A stretch of DNA of 64,000 nucleotides, from NCBI GenBank assembly GCA_963713785.1, contig CAVQNB010000001.1, forward strand, positions 108,191 through 172,190, in the 5' to 3' direction. Below, in pieces: positions 21,829 through 32,678 of this stretch. A model generated the notes under the pieces. That model was not told where the DNA came from. It made no database searches and saw nothing but the letters and a program-made list of their open reading frames with translations. The first letter of the stretch is position 1. Each line of letters starts with the position of its first letter. The position numbers and the translations under genes were made by a program. Source of the DNA: an uncultured Alphaproteobacteria bacterium (GTDB lineage: Bacteria > Pseudomonadota > Alphaproteobacteria > Rhizobiales > Xanthobacteraceae).

Positions 21829-22632
21829 ATGAAAACCGCGCGTATTGTGGTTCTGGGCATCGCACTGTCCGCGGGCGGCGTTGCCGCCTATCTCGCAAGC
21901 GGCTCCGACGCCCCCAAGCAGGCTGCGGTCGAGCCGGTGGCACAATTGCCGACCGTCGATGTCCTGGTCGCGAAGTCGGATATTGCGCTCGGCCAATCGG
22001 TCGGCCCGGATGACGTGCAATGGCAGACATGGCCGTCTGCGACCGCGAGCAACAATTTCATCCGCCGCAGCGATCGCCCTGACTTTGCCTCCCAGCTCAC
22101 CGGCTCGATCGCGCGCTCGCCCTTCATCGCCGGCGAACCGATCCGCGAACCGAAGCTGGTCAAGACCAATGGCTCCGGATTCATGGCGGCGGTATTGCCA
22201 ACCGGCATGCGCGCGGTTTCGACCGAAATCTCCCCCGAAACGGGCGCCGGCGGCTTCATCCTGCCCAACGACCGGGTCGACGTGATCCTGTCGAAGCGAC
22301 AGAAAAATTTGGCGACCGGCAAGGAGTTCATCGTCTCCGAAATCATCCTGTCCAATATCCGCGTTCTGGCCATCGACCAGGCCCCGCGCGAAAAGGACGG
22401 CCAGAATTCGGTGGTCGGCAAGACCGCCACGCTTGAGCTCAAGCCTGCACAGGCCGCGACTCTGGCCAAGTCGCGCCAAACCGGGACGCTCTCGCTCGCC
22501 TTGCGCAGCATGGTCGATGCCCACGCATCGGAGGCTCCCCGCACGGCTGAAACCGGCGATGGGACCGTCACGGTATTTCGGGGCGACGACCGCGAAGTGC
22601 TTTCCTGCACGCCGCTATGCACCGGCGGCTGA
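21829..22632 (+). CDS. cpaB: Flp pilus assembly protein CpaB/RcpC (full length)
   Basis: SAF domain VLVAKSDIALG, LPTGMRAVS, GAGGFILPNDRVDVIL, NIRVLAIDQ, TLSLALRS. Confidence 0.92.
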   Translation: MKTARIVVLGIALSAGGVAAYLASGSDAPKQAAVEPVAQLPTVDVLVAKSDIALGQSVGPDDVQWQTWPSATASNNFIRRSDRPDFASQLTGSIARSPFIAGEPIREPKLVKTNGSGFMAAVLPTGMRAVSTEISPETGAGGFILPNDRVDVILSKRQKNLATGKEFIVSEIILSNIRVLAIDQAPREKDGQNSVVGKTATLELKPAQAATLAKSRQTGTLSLALRSMVDAHASEAPRTAETGDGTVTVFRGDDREVLSCTPLCTGG

Positions 22633-22656
22633 ACTGGTCCTGACCGTTGCCGCAAC

Positions 22657-22672
22657 TTAACGATCGGTTAAC
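22657..22672 (+). promoter_or_regulatory. Perfect CtrA box upstream of the tadE genes
   Basis: TTAA-CGATCGG-TTAAC. Confidence 0.75.
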
Positions 22673-22768
22673 GCGAACCGGCAGCCTGTTCGGACCGGCC
22701 ACAAGCTTTCGACAATGAATCTCACCTACACTCGGCGGCGACGTTGCTCCTGTTTCGGGGATTTCCTG

Positions 22769-23324
22769 ATGCCGTCCGCTGACTTCAACGGCCTCCGTCA
22801 GAGGCACATGGCGCCGCTTCCGCCGCAACCGCCGCGGCTCGGCCGCGGTTGAGTTCGCGCTGGTCGCTCCGGCTTTCTTTGCCCTGCTGTTTGCGATCAT
22901 CGAGACCGGGATCATGTTCCTGGCCGGCCAGGTGCTGGAGTCCGTCAACCAGAATTCCGCGCGCATGATCTTGACCGGGCAGGCGCAGACCCAGTCCTTT
23001 ACGCAAACGCAGTTCGCGAACTATGTGTGCAGCCAGGTTCCGGCGTTGTTCACCTGCGGCAACATCTACGTTGACGTCCAGAGCTATCCCGCGTTCTCGA
23101 ACATCACGATCAGCAGCCAGATCGACAACGCCGGCAATTTCATCAACAACATGCATTACAGCCCTGGCAACGCCTGCGACATCGTCGTCGTGAGGCTGTT
23201 CTACCAATGGCCGATGTTCGTCACCGGCCTTGGCTACAACATCTCGAATTTGACGGGCAACAAGCGGCTTTTGGCCGCGACCGCCGCATTCAAAAACGAA
23301 CCCTACAACGGACAATGCCCATGA
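22769..23324 (+). CDS. tadE: TadE-like pseudopilin 1; indel near 22781
   Basis: RRFRRNRRG/SAAVEFALVAPAFFALLFAIIETG in frame with ORF 22914..23324; FKNEPY terminus. Confidence 0.85.
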
Positions 23325-24007
23325 AAGCGGTATCGAAAATGTGGCTTCGCGCCCGACGTTCCGCACACGACATGCTCGACGATTGCAGCGCCATCGCTGC
23401 GACCGAGTTCGCGGTGATCGTGCCGCTTATGCTGGTGATGTTGTTCGGCACCGTCGAGTTTTCATCCGGGGTGGCGGTCGACCGCAAAGTAACGCTGATC
23501 GCGAGGACGCTGTCCGATTTGATGTCTCAAGCGGGACCGTCGAGTCAGAATTCACCGTATGCGGGTGTGGACGACAACGCTTTGCAAAATGCGTTCACCG
23601 CCAGCATAGCGATTATACAACCGTATGCGCAAACTCCCCTGAACCTCCAGCTTTCCGAAATTTATGTCGATTCAAACCTGGCCGCGAAGATTCAGTGGAG
23701 CAAGGCTGCGATCGTTGGGGGGGGTGCCACTCAGGCAACGCTGACGGGGTCGTCCCGCTCTCCGGGCGATGTCGTTACCAGCATGGTTCCATCAGCGCTT
23801 CTGATCAAGCAAACCTATCTGATCCTGAGCGAGGTGAAGTATCTCTACACCCCCCTGGGGATCGGCTACGTGATGAAGTCCAACATCACGTTGAGCGACG
23901 TCGCCTACAGCCGCCCGCGTCAGGTCTTTTGCGTGGTTTATACGACGCCTAATCCCCACCAACCCCCTCCCGATCCCAATACCGGCCAACCGTGCCCGGC
24001 GACTTGA
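23321..24007 (+). CDS. TadE/TadF-like pseudopilin 2
   Basis: AIAATEFAVIVPLMLVMLFGTVEF...DRKVT; YSRPR; ATGA overlap with the upstream gene. Confidence 0.85.
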   Translation: MKAVSKMWLRARRSAHDMLDDCSAIAATEFAVIVPLMLVMLFGTVEFSSGVAVDRKVTLIARTLSDLMSQAGPSSQNSPYAGVDDNALQNAFTASIAIIQPYAQTPLNLQLSEIYVDSNLAAKIQWSKAAIVGGGATQATLTGSSRSPGDVVTSMVPSALLIKQTYLILSEVKYLYTPLGIGYVMKSNITLSDVAYSRPRQVFCVVYTTPNPHQPPPDPNTGQPCPAT

Positions 24008-24035
24008 CGCCGATTGCGCGCCGTTTCGAAAAATA

Positions 24036-24066
24036 AAAAGGCCGCGCGAGGAGCACGGCCTTTCTT
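24036..24066. terminator. Bidirectional terminator between tadE2 and cspA
   Basis: AAAAGGCCG...CGGCCTTTC hairpin with A/T tails on both sides. Confidence 0.7.
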
Positions 24067-24122
24067 GTTTGTTGGAATTCCTCGGCCTGTGCTCTCGCAG
24101 GCCGGACCGAACGGAAAATCGT

Positions 24123-24335
24123 CTAGCCGGCGGCGCGCAGATTGTCGGCCGAAGACTTGCCAGAGCGGCGATCCGCCACGATCTCGTAGGAGATCTTCTG
24201 GCCTTCACGCAGCGTTCCAAGTCCGGCGCGTTCGACGGCGCTGATATGCACGAACACATCGTTGCCGCCGTCATCCGGCTGGATGAAGCCGTAGCCCTTG
24301 GTTGCGTTAAACCACTTCACGGTTCCCATGCTCAC
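24123..24335 (-). CDS. cspA: Cold-shock protein
   Basis: [26 protein letters not shown] (RNP1/RNP2). Confidence 0.96.
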   Translation of the reverse strand: MSMGTVKWFNATKGYGFIQPDDGGNDVFVHISAVERAGLGTLREGQKISYEIVADRRSGKSSADNLRAAG

Positions 24336-24478
24336 GGGATAGTCCCTTCTCAGATATCAAATGTCGAAACCCACTTTTGGCGGGCTGGTGAGATCGAATT
24401 TTTGGAAGGGTCGTCAGCGCCTGAACCGGCTGTACCGGTGGATAGCTAATGTCGTCCGGCCGAAAATCGATTGTGCCT

Positions 24479-24507
24479 ATAATATTGGAAGCAAGCCTCC
24501 AAAACAA
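24479..24507 (-). promoter_or_regulatory. Putative sigma70 promoter of cspA giving a ~135-nt 5' UTR
   Basis: Minus strand TTGTTT-N17-TATTAT; long UTRs are typical of csp genes. Confidence 0.4.
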
Positions 24508-24637
24508 TCCTGAGGTGCACGATTTTTTGAACCGCGCAAGGGCGCCGCAAGGCTGCCCGCGCGGCGACATGATCCTGTCACGCACGGTTTCCTGCGCGAT
24601 TGCGGTTGCGCGGTTTCGAGGCAGGCCGGAGCCGCGC

Positions 24638-24925
24638 CTAGCGCCGGCGGAATTGGCCGCCGCGGGGCGGTGCGCCGCGCGGTGCACCGGTGGCACTCGC
24701 CCGCTCGTCCTTGTGGCGGAAGATCAGCCGCCCCTTCTCGAGATCATAGGGCGACATCTCGATCGTCACCCGATCGCCCGCCAGCGTCTTGATCCGGTTC
24801 TTCTTCATCTTGCCCGCGGTATAGGCGACGATCTCGTGCCCGGCGTCGAGTTGCACGCGGTAACGGGCGTCGGGAAGGATTTCGGTGACCAGTCCCTCGA
24901 ACTGGATCAGCTCTTCTTTAGCCAT
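24638..24925 (-). CDS. infA: Translation initiation factor IF-1
   Basis: [18 protein letters not shown]...GKMKKNRI...[21 protein letters not shown]. Confidence 0.96.
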   Translation of the reverse strand: MAKEELIQFEGLVTEILPDARYRVQLDAGHEIVAYTAGKMKKNRIKTLAGDRVTIEMSPYDLEKGRLIFRHKDERASATGAPRGAPPRGGQFRRR

Positions 24926-24949
24926 GTGGTTCTCCAGATCGATCGACGG

Positions 24950-26374
<1,425 letters not shown>

Positions 26375-26620
26375 GTCAAAAAGCAGGCGCCCGGCGATGA
26401 GCCAGGAGCGCGCGAGGGTGTCAGAGACACCCGCGTGTTTGGGGCGTCGGTTGGGTTAGCTGAAAGGGCAAGCCAGAAGCCCGTTCGACAGGCCTAGAAC
26501 ACGCAGCTCGCAATGACCTGATTCGATTATCCATCAAGGTCTTGGCCTCCATATGGAACATGAACGCGGCGCTTTCAAGGTGAAATCCGATTTTGCACGT
26601 TGCGATGCAAAATGAATCCA

Positions 26621-26710
26621 TGCCGGAAATTTAGACAAACGGCCAATTTTGCCGTCAAATTATACATTTTGCCGATAAAGCATACATTTTTTCTGTCTAG
26701 AAAATAGGCG
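26621..26710. promoter_or_regulatory. Array of four 17-bp NtrC-like enhancer sites
   Basis: TGCCGGAAATTTAGACA (26621), TGCCGTCAAATTATACA (26650), TGCCGATAAAGCATACA (26670), TGTCTAGAAAATAGGCG (26694). Confidence 0.5.
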
Positions 26711-26784
26711 AAAGCGCCGCGCCGGGTAGCCGCGCGGAGCACGATTCTTCAACGAAGCCATCCGCTTATGGCATTCGACGACCG

Positions 26785-26800
26785 TGGCATGGTTCTTGCG
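26785..26800 (+). promoter_or_regulatory. Sigma54 (-24/-12) promoter of urtA
   Basis: TGGCATG-GTTC-TTGCG versus consensus TGGCACG-N4-TTGCW. Confidence 0.75.
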
Positions 26801-26873
26801 ATTCCGTTAACGCAGGCGGCCGTGGGGGCCGTCGCAGCGTTTTTTCACGTCTGCGTCAGGGAGATGACAGCTC

Positions 26874-28193
26874 ATGCCTATTCAATTCACTCACGATAAA
26901 GCGACGCCTCTGAGCCGTCGCTGGCTGGCGGCGACTGCCGGGCTGATTCTCGGCTTCGCCAGTTTCACCAGCGCCAAAGCGGCCGATGACACCATCAAGG
27001 TCGGCGTCCTTCACTCGCTCTCCGGCACCATGGCGATCAGCGAAACCACGCTGAAAGACACCATCCTCTTCCTGATCGATGAGCAGAACAAGAAGGGCGG
27101 CGTGCTCGGCAAGAAGCTCGAGGCCGTGGTCGTCGATCCCGCCTCGAACTGGCCGCTGTTTGCCGAAAAGGCGCGTGAGCTGATCACCAAGGACAAGGTC
27201 GCTGTGGTGTTCGGCTGCTGGACCTCGGTGTCGCGCAAATCCGTGCTGCCGGTGTTCAAGGAGCTGAACAACATCCTGTTCTATCCGGTGCAGTATGAGG
27301 GCGAGGAGAGCGAGCGCAACGTGTTCTACACCGGGGCGGCGCCGAACCAGCAGGCGATCCCCGCCGTCGACTACCTGATGAAGGACGAAAAGGTGAAGCG
27401 CTGGGTGCTGGCGGGCACCGACTACGTCTATCCGCGCACCACCAACAAGATCCTGGAAGCCTATCTGAAGTCGAAAGGCGTCGCCCAGGACGACATCATG
27501 ATCAACTACACGCCGTTCGGTCATTCTGACTGGCAGACCATCGTCGCCGACATCAAGAAGTTCGGCTCGGCCGGCAAGAAGACCGCCGTGGTCTCGACCA
27601 TCAACGGCGACGCCAACGTTCCCTTCTACAAGGAGCTCGGCAACCAGGGCATCAAGGCGACCGAGATCCCGGTGGTCGCGTTCTCGGTCGGCGAAGAAGA
27701 ACTCGCCGGCATCGACACCAAACCGCTGCTCGGCCATCTCGCCGCCTGGAACTACTTCGAATCGATCAAGACGCCGGCGAACGAGAAGTTCATCAAGGAA
27801 TGGCAGGCCTACACCAAGAATCCGAAGCGCACCACCAATGACCCGATGGAAGCCCACGTGATCGGCTTCAACATGTGGGTCAAGGCGGTGGAAAAGGTGA
27901 AGTCGACCGATCCTGACAAGGTGATCGACGCGCTGCCCGGCACCGAAACGCCGAACCTGACGGGCGGCATTTCGAAGATGCTGCCGAACCACCACATCAC
28001 CAAGCCGGTGTTCATCGGCGAAATCAAGGCCAACGGCCAGTTCGACGTGGTCTGGAAGACGCCGGGCCTTGTTGCCGGCGATGCCTGGTCAAAGGAACTG
28101 GAAGGCTCCAAGGACCTGATCGGCGACTGGGTCGGGAAGAAGTGTGGTAACTATAACGTCAAGACCAACAAGTGCCTCGGCTCGGGCACCTGA
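26874..28193 (+). CDS. urtA: Urea ABC transporter substrate-binding protein
   Basis: IKVGVLHSLSGTMAISE, VFGCWTSVSRKSVLP, FYPVQYEG. Confidence 0.96.
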   Translation: MPIQFTHDKATPLSRRWLAATAGLILGFASFTSAKAADDTIKVGVLHSLSGTMAISETTLKDTILFLIDEQNKKGGVLGKKLEAVVVDPASNWPLFAEKARELITKDKVAVVFGCWTSVSRKSVLPVFKELNNILFYPVQYEGEESERNVFYTGAAPNQQAIPAVDYLMKDEKVKRWVLAGTDYVYPRTTNKILEAYLKSKGVAQDDIMINYTPFGHSDWQTIVADIKKFGSAGKKTAVVSTINGDANVPFYKELGNQGIKATEIPVVAFSVGEEELAGIDTKPLLGHLAAWNYFESIKTPANEKFIKEWQAYTKNPKRTTNDPMEAHVIGFNMWVKAVEKVKSTDPDKVIDALPGTETPNLTGGISKMLPNHHITKPVFIGEIKANGQFDVVWKTPGLVAGDAWSKELEGSKDLIGDWVGKKCGNYNVKTNKCLGSGT

Positions 28194-28236
28194 TCTGGGG
28201 CTCGTGACCACCGCACTGTCTTGAGAACGAAAGAAC

Positions 28237-28266
28237 GAAGAAGGCGGCGTGTCGCCGCCTTCTTTT
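28237..28266 (+). terminator. Terminator/stabiliser hairpin after urtA
   Basis: GAAGAAGGCGGCG-TGT-CGCCGCCTTC-TTTT. Confidence 0.75.
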
Positions 28267-28287
28267 ACCTTCTGCTGGGGTAATCCA

Positions 28288-29898
28288 GTGCTTGGCAATG
28301 TCCTCTACCGTCTGCGCAGCTTCGCGCTCGCCGTTTTCCTGATCGCCTTTGCGCTGCCGGCCTTCGCCGGTCCGTTCGAGGACGCCGTCGGCAAGTTCGC
28401 CAATGACGATTTTTCCGATACCGAAGAAGCGATAGGCGTGGTGGCGTCGTCGGGCAATCCGCTCGCTTTTCCCATCATCAGCGCGCTCCAGGATGAGCGG
28501 TTGATGGCCGATCCCGATACCAAGAAGGTCTATGTCAAACAGACCGACGGCAAGATCATCGATGCCGCGACGGGTGCGCCGGTCGACAGCATTCCTGATA
28601 GCGCCAGCGCAGTGCGCCTTAACAACCGCCTGCGCCGCACGGTTGAGGCCGCGTTCGGCGGCCTGACCCTGCTGTCGCCGGATCTTTCCACGCGGATCTC
28701 GGCCGCGCAGTCGGTGTTCAAGTCCCACGAAGAGGCGGCGCTGCCGACCGTCGACAGTGCGCTTGCGAAGGAAACCAACAAGGCGGCGAAGCAGGCCCTG
28801 ACCGAGGCGCGCGCGGCAATTCTCCTGTTCAAGCCCGATGCCACCGAGGTCGAAAAGCTCGAAGCCATCGCCACCCTGAAGGCCCGCGGCGATCAGGATT
28901 CGATGGCGCTTTTGACCAGTGTTGGCGACGACCAGCCGCCCGCGGTCGTCAAGGCCGCGGCAAGCGGGATCGCCGCGATCCAGAGCAAGCTTGCGCTTTG
29001 GTCGACCGTGCAAAATGCCTGGTATGGCCTGTCGCTCGGCTCGGTGCTGTTGCTCGCGGCGATCGGGCTTGCCATCACCTTCGGCGTGATGGGCGTCATC
29101 AATATGGCCCATGGCGAGATGGTGATGATCGGGGCCTATACCACCTTCGTGGTGCAGGAGGTGATCCGCACCAGCTATCCGGCTTTGTTCGACTATTCGC
29201 TGTTGATCGCGGTGCCGCTGGCCTTCCTGGTCGCCGGCGCCATCGGCGTCCTGATCGAGCGCAGCATTATCCGCTTTCTCTACGGCCGTCCGCTGGAGAC
29301 GTTGCTTGCGACCTGGGGCCTGTCGCTGGTGCTGCAGCAGGCGGTGCGCTCCGCGTTCGGGCCGACCAACCGCGAGGTCGGCAATCCTTCCTGGATGAGC
29401 GGCGCGTTCGAGCTCGGCCAGATCACTATCACCTATAACCGGCTCTGGATCCTCTGCTTCACGCTCGCGGTGTTTGCAATCCTGCTCGCGATGCTGCGCT
29501 TTACCGCGCTCGGGCTCGAGATGCGGGCGGTGACGCAGAACCGCCGCATGGCGGCCTCGATGGGGATCGCGACCTCCAGGGTCGATGCACTGACCTTCGG
29601 CCTCGGCTCGGGCATTGCCGGCATCGCTGGCGTAGCACTGTCGCAGATCGACAATGTCAGTCCCAATCTCGGCCAGAGCTACATCATCGACTTTTTCATG
29701 GTGGTGGTGTTCGGCGGCGTCGGCAATTTGTGGGGCACGCTGGTCGGCGCCTTCACGCTGGGCATCGCCAACAAGTTCCTCGAGCCGGTTGCCGGCGCGG
29801 TACTCGGCAAGATCGCGATCCTGGTGCTGATCATCCTGTTCATTCAGAAACGCCCGCGCGGCCTGTTCGCGCTGAAGGGACGGGCGGTGGAAGCATGA
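28288..29898 (+). CDS. urtB: Urea ABC permease UrtB
   Basis: GLAITFGVMGVINMAHGE, LYGRPLETLLATWG, QKRPRGLF. Confidence 0.95.
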   Translation: MLGNVLYRLRSFALAVFLIAFALPAFAGPFEDAVGKFANDDFSDTEEAIGVVASSGNPLAFPIISALQDERLMADPDTKKVYVKQTDGKIIDAATGAPVDSIPDSASAVRLNNRLRRTVEAAFGGLTLLSPDLSTRISAAQSVFKSHEEAALPTVDSALAKETNKAAKQALTEARAAILLFKPDATEVEKLEAIATLKARGDQDSMALLTSVGDDQPPAVVKAAASGIAAIQSKLALWSTVQNAWYGLSLGSVLLLAAIGLAITFGVMGVINMAHGEMVMIGAYTTFVVQEVIRTSYPALFDYSLLIAVPLAFLVAGAIGVLIERSIIRFLYGRPLETLLATWGLSLVLQQAVRSAFGPTNREVGNPSWMSGAFELGQITITYNRLWILCFTLAVFAILLAMLRFTALGLEMRAVTQNRRMAASMGIATSRVDALTFGLGSGIAGIAGVALSQIDNVSPNLGQSYIIDFFMVVVFGGVGNLWGTLVGAFTLGIANKFLEPVAGAVLGKIAILVLIILFIQKRPRGLFALKGRAVEA

Positions 29899-31064
29899 TG
29901 CCGCATCTGCTCACCCGCTCACTCGATCGCGCCGCGACGCTCTTCATCCTTTTGGTCGCGGCTTGTGGGATTCTGATCCCGCTGTCGAACCTGCTGTTGC
30001 CGGCCGGCTCGTTCTTTCAGGTGCCGACCTATCTGGTGGCGTTGTGGGGCAAATATGTCTGCTACGCCATTCTGGCGCTCGCGATCGACCTGATCTGGGG
30101 CTATTGCGGCATTCTCTCGCTCGGCCACGGCGCGTTCTTCGCGCTCGGCGGCTACGCGATGGGCATGTATCTGATGCGCCAGATCGGCGGTCGCGGCGTC
30201 TACGGCAATCCGGACTTGCCCGACTTCATGGTGTTCCTGAACTACCCGAAACTGCCCTGGTACTGGAACGGCTTTGACATGTTCTGGTTCGCGGCGCTGA
30301 TGGTGATCGTCGTTCCCGGCCTGCTCGCCTTCTGCTTCGGCTGGTTCGCTTTCCGCTCCCGCGTCACCGGCGTCTATCTCTCGATCATCACGCAGGCGAT
30401 GACCTACGCGTTGCTGCTCGGATTCTTCCGCAACGATTTCGGCTTCGGCGGCAACAACGGCCTCACCGACTTCAAGGACATCCTCGGCTTCAACGTGCAG
30501 GCCGAGGGCACCCGCTGCGCGCTGTTCGCGTTGACTTGCCTTGCGCTGATCTTAGGTTTTTTGATCTGCCGGGCGGTCGTGACCTCGAAGCTCGGCAAGG
30601 TGCTGATCGCGATCCGCGACGCCGAGTCGCGCACCCGCTTCATCGGCTACCGCGTCGAATCCTACAAGCTGTTCGTCTTTACGCTTTCGGCCTGCATGGC
30701 CGGCGTCGCCGGGGCGCTTTATGTGCCGCAGGTCGGCATCATCAACCCGTCGGAATTCGCGCCGGGCAACTCGATCGAAGCCGTGATCTGGGTCGCGGTC
30801 GGCGGCCGCGGCACGCTGACCGGCGCGGCGCTCGGCGCCGTCGTCGTCAACTACGCGAAAACATATTTCACCTCGGGCCCATTGGCGCCGTACTGGCTGT
30901 TCATGCTGGGCGCGATGTTCATCCTGGTGACCCTATTGCTGCCGAAGGGCATCGTCGGCACCTTCAACAGCTGGTGGGAGCCGTTCAGGGCGCGGCGTCT
31001 TGCGCCGGCTGCTGCAAGTGCTGCGCGCGAAGACGGCGTCAGCGAACCGAATATGGCGGAATGA
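29895..31064 (+). CDS. urtC: Urea ABC permease UrtC
   Basis: DLIWGYCGILSLGHG, LPDFMVFL, VGGRGTL. Confidence 0.95.
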   Translation: MMPHLLTRSLDRAATLFILLVAACGILIPLSNLLLPAGSFFQVPTYLVALWGKYVCYAILALAIDLIWGYCGILSLGHGAFFALGGYAMGMYLMRQIGGRGVYGNPDLPDFMVFLNYPKLPWYWNGFDMFWFAALMVIVVPGLLAFCFGWFAFRSRVTGVYLSIITQAMTYALLLGFFRNDFGFGGNNGLTDFKDILGFNVQAEGTRCALFALTCLALILGFLICRAVVTSKLGKVLIAIRDAESRTRFIGYRVESYKLFVFTLSACMAGVAGALYVPQVGIINPSEFAPGNSIEAVIWVAVGGRGTLTGAALGAVVVNYAKTYFTSGPLAPYWLFMLGAMFILVTLLLPKGIVGTFNSWWEPFRARRLAPAAASAAREDGVSEPNMAE

Positions 31065-31068
31065 ACGC

Positions 31069-31830
31069 ATGAACGTCATGGACACCCGCGCCACCTCCGC
31101 GCTGCTCTATCTGGACGGCGTGCACGTCTCCTTTGACGGCTTCCATGCCATCAACAATCTGTCGCTGACGCTCGCGCCCGGCGAGATGCGCGCCATCATC
31201 GGACCGAACGGCGCCGGCAAGACCACCATGATGGACATCATCACCGGCAAGACCAAGCCGGATGAGGGCACGGTGCTGTTCGACGGCGCGGTCGATCTGA
31301 CCCGGCTCGACGAGACCCGCATTGCCGAGCTCGGCATCGGCCGTAAATTCCAGAAGCCGACGGTGTTCGAAAGCCAGACGGTGGAGGACAATCTCCTGCT
31401 TGCGCTCAATGTCGATCACAGCGTCAAAGCCACGCTGTTCTGGCGCGAAACCAAGCCGGAGAGCGAGCGTATCGAGTACGTGCTGGAAACCATCCGCCTG
31501 ACCGACGCGCGCAACCGCCTGGCCGGCAGCCTGTCGCACGGCCAGAAGCAATGGCTCGAGATCGGCATGCTGCTGGCGCAGGACCCGAAACTGTTGCTGG
31601 TCGACGAGCCCGTCGCCGGCATGACCGACGTCGAAACCCATCAGACCGCGGAGCTGCTCAAGCAGATCAACAAGGACCACACCATCATGGTGGTTGAGCA
31701 TGACATGACCTTCGTGCGCGAGCTCGGCGTCAAGGTGACCTGCCTGCATGAAGGCACCGTGCTTGCGGAAGGCACCATCGACCAGGTCTCGTCGAACGAG
31801 CGGGTGATCGAAGTGTATTTGGGTAGGTGA
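31069..31830 (+). CDS. urtD: Urea ABC ATPase UrtD
   Basis: GPNGAGKTT, GRKFQKP, LSHGQKQWLEIGM. Confidence 0.95.
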   Translation: MNVMDTRATSALLYLDGVHVSFDGFHAINNLSLTLAPGEMRAIIGPNGAGKTTMMDIITGKTKPDEGTVLFDGAVDLTRLDETRIAELGIGRKFQKPTVFESQTVEDNLLLALNVDHSVKATLFWRETKPESERIEYVLETIRLTDARNRLAGSLSHGQKQWLEIGMLLAQDPKLLLVDEPVAGMTDVETHQTAELLKQINKDHTIMVVEHDMTFVRELGVKVTCLHEGTVLAEGTIDQVSSNERVIEVYLGR

Positions 31831-31923
31831 GGGGAATAGGGAGTAGCGAATAGAGAATAGGGAAGGAAACACGGGACGAGACGCTGATTTTTCTACTCGC
31901 TATTCGCTACTCACTATTCGCCC
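31831..31923. repeat. Inverted pair of heptamer arrays (4 x GA(A/G)TAGN ... 4 x NCTA(C/T)TC)
   Basis: gaatagg/gagtagc/gaataga/gaatagg (31834-31861), 30-bp spacer, tctactc/gctattc/gctactc/actattc (31892-31919). Confidence 0.85.
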
Positions 31924-31941
31924 TGTTAAGGAACGCACCAC

Positions 31942-32637
31942 ATGCTCGACGTCAAGGATATCAATCTTTACTACGGCGCGGCGCAGGCGCTGCGCGGCGT
32001 CTCGCTGCAGGCCGAGCCCGGCAAGGTGATGTGTGTCTTGGGCCGCAACGGCGTCGGCAAGACCTCGCTGTTGCGCGCCATGGTCGGCCAATATCCGATT
32101 GCCTCGGGCTCGATCACCTTCGACGGCGCCGACATCACGGGTTTAAGGCCCTATGAGCGGGCGCGCAAAGGCATCGGCTTCGTGCCGCAGGGCCGCGAGA
32201 TTTTTCCGCTGCTGACGGTGGAGGAAAATCTCAAGACCGGGTTTGGACCGTTGAAGCGCGACGACCGCTATATCCCCGACGACGTGTTTTCGCTGTTTCC
32301 GGTGCTGCAATCGATGCTGGGGCGCCGCGGCGGCGACCTGTCCGGCGGCCAGCAACAGCAGCTTGCGATCGGCCGCGCGCTGGTGATGCGGCCAAAACTG
32401 TTGTTGCTCGACGAGCCGACCGAGGGCATTCAGCCCTCGATCATCAAGGACATCGGCCGCGCCATCTCTTATCTGCGCAATCTCGGCAACATCGCAATCG
32501 TGCTGGTCGAACAATATCTCGATTTTGCCTGCGAGCTCGGCGACAGCTTTGCGGTGATGGATCGAGGCGCGGTGAAATATGCCTGCGATCGGTCGAATCT
32601 TGATCCCGCCGAGATCAGCCGCCAGATGGCGCTATAA
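31942..32637 (+). CDS. urtE: Urea ABC ATPase UrtE
   Basis: GRNGVGKT, VPQGREIFP, LSGGQQQQLAI, DEPTEGIQP. Confidence 0.95.
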   Translation: MLDVKDINLYYGAAQALRGVSLQAEPGKVMCVLGRNGVGKTSLLRAMVGQYPIASGSITFDGADITGLRPYERARKGIGFVPQGREIFPLLTVEENLKTGFGPLKRDDRYIPDDVFSLFPVLQSMLGRRGGDLSGGQQQQLAIGRALVMRPKLLLLDEPTEGIQPSIIKDIGRAISYLRNLGNIAIVLVEQYLDFACELGDSFAVMDRGAVKYACDRSNLDPAEISRQMAL

Positions 32638-32678
32638 TATCTGGCGCGGCCGCGAGGTCGCGCGCTCCGGGGGGATGG

